Shown here piece after piece: positions 34,005 to 39,720 of a DNA stretch of 39,720 bases. The number at the start of each line of letters is the position of its first letter. Position 1 is the stretch's first letter. The DNA comes from a phage. Where the stretch lies: the sequence record PZ618370.1, one strand, 5' to 3'. A program made the translations under genes and the position numbers. The notes beneath the pieces are model-generated. The model did not search any database, was not told the DNA's origin, and worked only from the letters and a program-made list of their open reading frames with translations.

Positions 34005-36191
34005 ATGTCCACGATTACACAATTCCCTGCAGGAAACACTCAGTACAGGATTGAGTTCGACTACCTATCCAGAACGTTTGTTGTTGTTACGCTGGTGAAT
34101 AGCTCTAACCCTACCCTGAACCGTGTACTGGAAGTTGGTCGAGATTACCGATTCCTTAATCCAACGATGATTGAGATGTTGGTTGACCAATCAGGTTTCG
34201 ACATCGTTCGTATTCACCGTCAGACTGGAACTGACTTAGTGGTAGACTTCAGAAATGGCTCAGTGTTGACAGCCAGTGACCTGACCAATGCAGAGCTTCA
34301 GGCTATCCATATTGCAGAAGAGGGCAGAGACCAAACGGTTGACTTAGCGAAGGAATATGCTGATGCTGCTGGGACCTCTGCCGGCAACGCTAAGGATAGC
34401 GAGGACGAAGCACGACGAATCGCTGAGGATATCAAGGCATCTGGTCGAATTGGCTATATTACCCGTCGCTCCTTCGAGAAAGGCTTCAACGTTATAACAT
34501 GGAACGAGGTACTGCTATGGGAAGAGGATGGTGAGTATTACCGTTGGGATGGTACGCTTCCAAAGAACGTTCCTGCTGGTACAACTCCTGAAACTTCCGG
34601 TGGGATTGGGGTAGGTGCGTGGGTTCTCGTAGGCGATGCTTCACTTCGTATCGCACTAGCTTCTGAAGTAGGGGCATCAATGGTGTCCCGTAACGGCTCA
34701 CCCCTAGGCAGAATCATTCGTGCATCACTCTTCGAATACCTTACCGAATCAGATCAGCGAGCATTACTTACTACTTCTGGAGCAGTAGTTGCAGCGGATT
34801 ATGCGTTAAAAGCAGCTATAGCTGCTGGAGTTATGGTCCTTGATATACCACGGAACCTAGGGATTATTGAACTTGGTAGAGATCCAGCGACGCTTCCATT
34901 GGGGTTCTCGCTTATAGGATGGGGCTGCCGTCGACCTTATACTGTATCAGATGACAGTAGCTTCCTTAATTGCGGGGTAGTTATCCGCGTAGCAGCTGGG
35001 GCAAGTTTTCCTTTTTATTCAACTGGTCGTCATGTGTTCCGGGATATTGTTTTTGACGGGCGGGATAAAACAACGTATCTTTTTTATTCCACAGATAGGT
35101 ATGCTGAGTTCAACGGTACTCGACTAGAGGGGTGCGGAATTTACCGTTTTGCTATTGGTATTGGTTGGAATAAGGGAGGATCAGCAAGATACATCGCAAC
35201 AGTGAAAGCACACTTTTGTTCCCTATCTGGAAATGGGGACACAGTTAAAAATTTAATAGACTCTATGATGATTGGTTGCACAATCAATGCCAATGACCGA
35301 GGCGTAGCTCTTGTCGGCGGGGCAAATAGTAACTTTTTCGGAGAATGCCGGAACGAATGGAACGCTGGTGATAACTGGTATGCGCATGAATCAATAGAAA
35401 ACCAGATTTCAGGTGAACTGTGCGACAGGGCTGGGCGAGGCGGGGTAGTTGCTGGCAAGGATTCGTCATGGATTGTAACCGGAGTTGTCGTCGCTCGCAG
35501 TGGTGCTAATCAACCAATGAATGATAACTACTCAGCAAACTTTGTTATTATTGATAACGGTAAAATCGTAATCTCTGGGGTGAGAACCAGAAACGGAGCT
35601 AACGAGGGGGGTCAGGGTGGGACAAATTCTCCATCGTTTAACGTATCGGTTCTCGGTTCTGGTAATGGGACACTCCTGGTATCTGGAAGTGATATGACCG
35701 GTTTTGTTACTTCGGTAATTAACCAGAAGGCTCCTACATTAAATAAAGCTATAACCGGAAATCTCGGTATGGATGATGATGTAAATGTTGGAATGTCTCA
35801 GGTTATTAAAGGAAGACGGATTATTGGTTCACAGTCATCGGGTAGATTGCAAGACACTGTGGGAGCAACGTTATCATTCACTAAGCCCAATATTGCGCAA
35901 GATTTATATGCTACATACATCACCAGAGCCATATTGATTGAGTGTAGAATTGGCAATACTGCACAAGGTGATTATATAAAAATACCTATAGGGGTAAGGC
36001 ACGAAAACAATTTCTATCTTGATGTCATTACCAGTGGAATTGTCGCAAGCTCTGAAAGGATTGGTCTTTCAGGAACTGGGGTTACTGTTAGCTTATCTAT
36101 TGATAGTTCAACAGGTGACATCTCAGTTACGTTAACTAGCGTTGATGGGTTGGTGAGAGATGTTAATGTCTCTTTACTGCCATCAATTTAA
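34005..36191 (+). CDS. 17: tail fiber/tail spike protein gp17: T7-like N-terminal adaptor fused to a large beta-helix-like C-terminal domain (possible depolymerase)
   Basis: N-terminal ~150 aa resemble T7 gp17 (F.YL.R.FVVVTL, VDF.NGSVL.A.DL, Q..H.AEE.RD). The remaining ~580 aa are Gly/Asn/Ser/Thr/Val-rich with repeated G-x-G and NxxG segments, unlike the T7 gp17 C-terminus. C-terminal ~1 kb is visibly AT-richer. Confidence 0.9.
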   Translation: MSTITQFPAGNTQYRIEFDYLSRTFVVVTLVNSSNPTLNRVLEVGRDYRFLNPTMIEMLVDQSGFDIVRIHRQTGTDLVVDFRNGSVLTASDLTNAELQAIHIAEEGRDQTVDLAKEYADAAGTSAGNAKDSEDEARRIAEDIKASGRIGYITRRSFEKGFNVITWNEVLLWEEDGEYYRWDGTLPKNVPAGTTPETSGGIGVGAWVLVGDASLRIALASEVGASMVSRNGSPLGRIIRASLFEYLTESDQRALLTTSGAVVAADYALKAAIAAGVMVLDIPRNLGIIELGRDPATLPLGFSLIGWGCRRPYTVSDDSSFLNCGVVIRVAAGASFPFYSTGRHVFRDIVFDGRDKTTYLFYSTDRYAEFNGTRLEGCGIYRFAIGIGWNKGGSARYIATVKAHFCSLSGNGDTVKNLIDSMMIGCTINANDRGVALVGGANSNFFGECRNEWNAGDNWYAHESIENQISGELCDRAGRGGVVAGKDSSWIVTGVVVARSGANQPMNDNYSANFVIIDNGKIVISGVRTRNGANEGGQGGTNSPSFNVSVLGSGNGTLLVSGSDMTGFVTSVINQKAPTLNKAITGNLGMDDDVNVGMSQVIKGRRIIGSQSSGRLQDTVGATLSFTKPNIAQDLYATYITRAILIECRIGNTAQGDYIKIPIGVRHENNFYLDVITSGIVASSERIGLSGTGVTVSLSIDSSTGDISVTLTSVDGLVRDVNVSLLPSI

Positions 36192-36308
36192 GAGTGAGAA
36201 CGAAAGTCGAAACAGAACTGTGGTTGTGGAGGTAGAGGTTGACTACACGCTGACCAACGCATGTAATAACTTTGGGTCACGGACGACCCGCTTTAAACTG
36301 GAGGTTTT

Positions 36309-36503
36309 ATGATTGAGTTAGACTTCAAGAATGAGGTCCTTAAAGCCTCTCCTATCGTCGGGACCGCTGCGGCTGATGGTGCCAGTCGGTTCTTCTTCGG
36401 GCTCACACTTAACGAATGGTTCTACGTTGCAGCTATCGCGTACACCGTTGTCCAGATTGGTGTGCTAGTCTATAAAACGATTAAAGGAGGTGGTAAAACA
36501 TGA
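36309..36503 (+). CDS. 17.5: class II holin (gp17.5)
   Basis: LDF.NE..KA.PIVGT..AD...R.FFGL.LNEWFYVAAIAYTVVQIG match T7 gp17.5 as recalled. Confidence 0.88.
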   Translation: MIELDFKNEVLKASPIVGTAAADGASRFFFGLTLNEWFYVAAIAYTVVQIGVLVYKTIKGGGKT

Positions 36504-36763
36504 CGCAGATGGACTTAGAGAAGTTCCTCTTAATGCTGGATACTGAACGGGCTCGACTCATGCTGCAAGACCTGCGGGATGACTCTAAGCGTTCACCTCA
36601 GCTCTACAACGCCATTGAGAAGCTGCTTGCTCGTCATAACTTTGTGTTAAGCAAGGTGTCTGTTGACGAGAAGACGCTGGCTGATATGGAGGCCCTGAAC
36701 GCAGAGTACGATAAGGTGCTTTCAGCGACTGAGGATAATGACACAGGGTATGGCGTTCAATAA
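36500..36763 (+). CDS. 18: terminase small subunit (gp18)
   Basis: 87 aa (T7 89 aa), start overlaps the holin stop (ATGA), immediately upstream of the R18.5-like element. Confidence 0.8.
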   Translation: MTQMDLEKFLLMLDTERARLMLQDLRDDSKRSPQLYNAIEKLLARHNFVLSKVSVDEKTLADMEALNAEYDKVLSATEDNDTGYGVQ

Positions 36764-36814
36764 GTGTTAGACTCAAGGTCATTACTATATGTAGTGGCCT
36801 TTATGGTTAACACT
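36764..36814 (+). promoter_or_regulatory. RNase III-type processing hairpin (R18.5-like)
   Basis: GTTAGACTCAAGGTCATTACTATATGTAGTGGCCTTTATGGTTAAC: third copy of the conserved element. Confidence 0.5.
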
Positions 36815-36864
36815 AACTAGTGGAGGCGACTCTACGTGAAATCTGATAAACCGGGAGGGCAACT

Positions 36865-37314
36865 ATGCTCGAATTTTTAAAGAGAGCGGCTCCGTGGTTA
36901 CTTGCAGCAGTGATGTTTGCTGGTGGCTACCACACCGCTAACAATAAGTGGGAGGCTAAGGTCAATGCAGAATACACCTCGAATCTTAAGGCATCGGAAG
37001 ATACAAGGCTTGCTGTCCAAGCTGAAGTCAACAAAGTGTCCAAACGGTTTCAGGACGAAATGTCCTCGTTGGAAGGCAGCACTGATAGGATTATTGCTGA
37101 CCTTCAGTCTGACAATAAGCGGGTGCGCGTCCGAGTCAAACCAACGAGCGGAACCACGCAAAGTGACGGTCGATGCATCATTGATGGTTACGCCGAACTT
37201 GACGAACGAGATGCTAAACGTCTTATCGCCATCGGAGTGAAAGGAGACAAGTGGATTAAGGCCCTTCAGGACACTGTGAGAGCCTTGCAGCAAGATAAGG
37301 AGGTGACGCATTGA
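36865..37314 (+). CDS. 18.5: i-spanin (Rz-like, gp18.5)
   Basis: 149 aa; N-terminal TM segment [12 protein letters not shown], followed by a charged helical region; embedded o-spanin gene in the +1 frame. Confidence 0.8.
   Translation: MLEFLKRAAPWLLAAVMFAGGYHTANNKWEAKVNAEYTSNLKASEDTRLAVQAEVNKVSKRFQDEMSSLEGSTDRIIADLQSDNKRVRVRVKPTSGTTQSDGRCIIDGYAELDERDAKRLIAIGVKGDKWIKALQDTVRALQQDKEVTH
36965..37240 (+). CDS. 18.7: o-spanin (Rz1-like lipoprotein, gp18.7) embedded in gene 18.5
   Basis: [25 protein letters not shown]: signal sequence with lipobox ISG-C; C-terminal SLMV.PNLT.EMLNV matches T7 gp18.7 as recalled. Track ORF starts at TTG 36917; ATG 36965 chosen. Start uncertain. Confidence 0.7.
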   Translation: MQNTPRILRHRKIQGLLSKLKSTKCPNGFRTKCPRWKAALIGLLLTFSLTISGCASESNQRAEPRKVTVDASLMVTPNLTNEMLNVLSPSE

Positions 37315-39074
37315 GTAACGATTTAGTGGCGCGTCAGGCGCTAATGACTGCCCGTATGAAGGCAGACTTCGTGTTCTTCCTGTTCGTCCTGTGGAAAGCT
37401 CTGTCACTCCCAGTCCCGACTCGCTGTCAGATTGACATGGCGAAGAAGCTATCGGCTGGGGACAGCAGGCGCTTCATCCTGCAGGCGTTCCGTGGTATCG
37501 GGAAGTCCTTCATTACATGTGCCTTCGTGGTCTGGAAGCTATGGAACAACCCAGACTTGAGGTTCATGATTGTGTCGGCCTCAAAGGAACGAGCCGATGC
37601 GAACTCCATCTTCATCAAGCGAATCATCGACCTCATGCCACAGCTTCAGGAACTCAAACCTAAGCAGGGACAGCGAGATGCGGTTATCAGCTTCGATGTT
37701 GGGCCAGCAAAGCCAGACCACTCACCTTCGGTTAAGTCCGTTGGTATCACTGGTCAGTTGACTGGTAGTCGTGCTGACATCCTTATTGCAGATGACGTTG
37801 AGGTTCCAAACAACTCAGCGACTCAGGCTGCGCGAGACCGACTGTCAGAGCTTGTGAAAGAGTTCGACGCTATTCTGAAGCCGGGAGGTACAATCATCTA
37901 TCTGGGTACTCCTCAGAACGAGATGACCCTGTATCGTGAGTTGGAAGGCCGCGGGTACACCACTACTATCTGGCCCGCTCGTTATCCACGCGACAGGAAG
38001 GACTGGCAGTCTTACGGCGACCGTCTGGCTCCTATGCTTCAGGCAGAGCTTGAAGAGGACCCTGAGTCCTTCTACTGGCGTCCAACAGATGAGGTACGAT
38101 TCGAGGATACGGACCTGAAGGAACGTGAGCTGTCATACGGTAAAGCTGGCTTCGCTCTACAGTTCATGCTTAACCCGAACCTGAGTGATGCTGAGAAGTA
38201 TCCTCTGAAGCTCCGTGACCTTATCGTAGCCGACTTGGACCCAGAGTCCAGCCCAATGGTCTACCAATGGTTGCCAAACACTCAGAACAAGCGTGAGGAC
38301 GTTCCTAACGTTGGACTCATGGGTGACTCATACCACACGTATCAGACTGTAGGTTCTGCCTTCAGCTCGTACACCCAGAAGATTCTGGTCATTGACCCTA
38401 GTGGTCGTGGTAAGGATGAAACTGGTTATGCGGTACTGTACCAGCTCAACGGCTACATCTTCGCTATGGAAGTTGGTGGTATGCGTGGTGGATATGAAGA
38501 CTCTACGCTGCAAGCCTTGGCTAAGATTGGTCGTAAGTGGAAGGTCAACGAATACGTCATTGAGGGTAACTTCGGTGATGGTATGTACCTTGAGCTGTTC
38601 AAGCCTGTAGCGGCCCGTATCCATCCAGCGGCTGTAACTGAAGTGAAGAGTAAGGGTCAGAAAGAACTACGCATCTGTGACGTTCTGGAGCCTATCATGG
38701 GGTCTCACCGTCTTATCGTCAACGCTGCTGCTATCGTCCAAGACTACCAGACAGCCTCTGATAAGGATGGTGTGCGTAACCCTATCTACTCTCTCTTCTA
38801 TCAGATGACCCGTATCTCTCGTGAACGTGGAGCCTTGGCACATGATGACCGACTTGATGCGCTGGCTATCGGTGTACAGTTCTTCGTTGAGTCTATGGCT
38901 AAGGATGCCAACAAAGGTGAACGTGAAGTCACTGAGGAGTGGCTGGAGGAACAGATGGAGAACCCACGGAAAGGCTTCGAGTCCATCCACACTGAGTTCT
39001 GGGACAATGGGGTCAGGGTAACTCACGATACGGACGACGAGCTTGGATTAGGGTCATACGTTACGTTCCACTAG
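37311..39074 (+). CDS. 19: terminase large subunit (gp19)
   Basis: 587 aa (T7 586 aa); [131 protein letters not shown] match T7 gp19 as recalled; TTG start after AAGGAGG. Confidence 0.96.
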   Translation: MSNDLVARQALMTARMKADFVFFLFVLWKALSLPVPTRCQIDMAKKLSAGDSRRFILQAFRGIGKSFITCAFVVWKLWNNPDLRFMIVSASKERADANSIFIKRIIDLMPQLQELKPKQGQRDAVISFDVGPAKPDHSPSVKSVGITGQLTGSRADILIADDVEVPNNSATQAARDRLSELVKEFDAILKPGGTIIYLGTPQNEMTLYRELEGRGYTTTIWPARYPRDRKDWQSYGDRLAPMLQAELEEDPESFYWRPTDEVRFEDTDLKERELSYGKAGFALQFMLNPNLSDAEKYPLKLRDLIVADLDPESSPMVYQWLPNTQNKREDVPNVGLMGDSYHTYQTVGSAFSSYTQKILVIDPSGRGKDETGYAVLYQLNGYIFAMEVGGMRGGYEDSTLQALAKIGRKWKVNEYVIEGNFGDGMYLELFKPVAARIHPAAVTEVKSKGQKELRICDVLEPIMGSHRLIVNAAAIVQDYQTASDKDGVRNPIYSLFYQMTRISRERGALAHDDRLDALAIGVQFFVESMAKDANKGEREVTEEWLEEQMENPRKGFESIHTEFWDNGVRVTHDTDDELGLGSYVTFH

Positions 39075-39084
39075 CTGAATGAAT

Positions 39085-39131
39085 AACTATAGGAGAAAGC
39101 TGCATGAATACGCAGTTAGTACCCTATAGTT
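39085..39131 (+). repeat. 9-bp inverted repeat AACTATAGG / CCTATAGTT with 29-nt spacer between terminase and phiOR
   Basis: Arms 39085-39093 and 39123-39131 verified by hand; arms resemble the promoter core. Confidence 0.6.
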
Positions 39132-39168
39132 ACTACCAGTCTAACCTACTGTTTTACAAGGAGTTTGG

Positions 39169-39191
39169 ACTTAACTATCACTATAGGGAAG
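39169..39191 (+). promoter_or_regulatory. phage RNAP promoter near the right end (phiOR-like)
   Basis: ACTTAACTATCACTATA-GGGAA; +1 G at 39186. Confidence 0.85.
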
Positions 39192-39370
39192 ACCCCCGGT
39201 TACTTATAGTATTACTGTAGTGAATATACATATGCAGACTTTATGCAAGACCTTAGGAGGCAGACTCCGAGTTCTTACCTAAGGCTTGCACCGATGGAAG
39301 GAGGGTGATATTAATCATAATCCCTCCAATACAGATAGTAAAGACCATAGATACAGGAGGTATGTAGCAT

Positions 39371-39529
39371 ATGGCAAAGACCAAAGCTGTGCTTAAAGCT
39401 CTGGTGACCAACCGAGCTACATACAGGTTTCTTGCTGCTGTTCTACTTGCTGCTGGCGTTACTGCTGGAAGTAAGTGGGTCGGGTGGGTCGAGACTCTCG
39501 TATGCTCTCTGGTCTCTCAGTGTAATTAA
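39371..39529 (+). CDS. hypothetical small membrane protein (gene 19.5 position, 52 aa)
   Basis: ATG 10 nt after AGGAGG (39355-39360); hand-translated MAKTKAVLKALVTNRATYRFLAAVLLAAGVTAGSKWVGWVETLVCSLVSQCN; downstream of phiOR as T7 gene 19.5. Confidence 0.3.
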   Translation: MAKTKAVLKALVTNRATYRFLAAVLLAAGVTAGSKWVGWVETLVCSLVSQCN

Positions 39530-39563
39530 TGCAATCATGGTAACGATTCATGAGCGGAAGACC

Positions 39564-39604
39564 TAAGGTCAGTACGTGGATAAAGACTCACTCTACTGAC
39601 CTTA
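39564..39604 (+). repeat. palindromic hairpin element at the inner boundary of the right terminal repeat (11-bp arms TAAGGTCAGTA / TACTGACCTTA, 19-nt spacer)
   Basis: Same arms as 86-126, but the spacer is the reverse complement of the left-end spacer. Confidence 0.8.
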
Positions 39605-39720
39605 GCTACTGTAGTCAAGGACTTTAGGTAACACCATTCAGGCTAACCTATGGTCTACCTACTGATTGGTTCACTGGTCGTCATCCGATGGTCTCAGACC
39701 TACGGTCCTTGACCTACAGT
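39594..39720 (+). repeat. right copy of direct terminal repeat
   Basis: Identical to 116-242; runs to the last base of the window. Confidence 0.8.

Noticed and set aside
39104-39223. 39-aa ORF after the terminase gene
   Set aside because: Runs through the inverted repeat and the phiOR promoter; more likely a chance frame than a gene, though an AGGAG precedes it.

Overview
This window is essentially a complete genome (about 39.5 kb unique sequence) of a T7/T3-like lytic podophage (Autographiviridae-type organisation). All genes lie on the + strand in the canonical order: early genes (SAM hydrolase 0.3, protein kinase 0.7), RNA polymerase, DNA metabolism (ligase, SSB, endonuclease I, lysozyme, primase-helicase, DNA polymerase, exonuclease), virion (portal, scaffold, capsid 10A/10B, tail tube 11/12, core 13-16, tail spike 17), then holin, terminase and spanins. 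Protein identifications rest on similarity to T7/T3 proteins recalled from memory plus gene order; no database search was run. Non-coding architecture: direct terminal repeats (116-242 = 39594-39720), a perfect foldback palindrome at the left edge, 11 copies of a phage promoter (consensus TAAACTATCACTATAGGGA, differing from T7/T3/SP6 in the specificity positions), two host-type early promoters, T7-like TE and Tphi terminators with UUCG loops, and a conserved RNase III-like element before genes 1.1, 5 and 18.5. Candidate novel content, all without recognisable function: small ORFs between the shortened 0.7 kinase and the RNAP gene; two extra ORFs between RNAP and phi1.1; a 150-aa ORF inserted between endonuclease I and lysozyme; a non-acidic ORF in the gene 5.9 slot; an ASCH/PUA-like 75-aa ORF between tail genes 11 and 12; a gp16 N-terminus lacking SLT motifs; and a chimeric tail spike with a low-GC beta-helix-like C-terminal module. 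No single multi-gene undescribed system could be demonstrated. No tRNA, CRISPR array, integrase or transposase was recognised.
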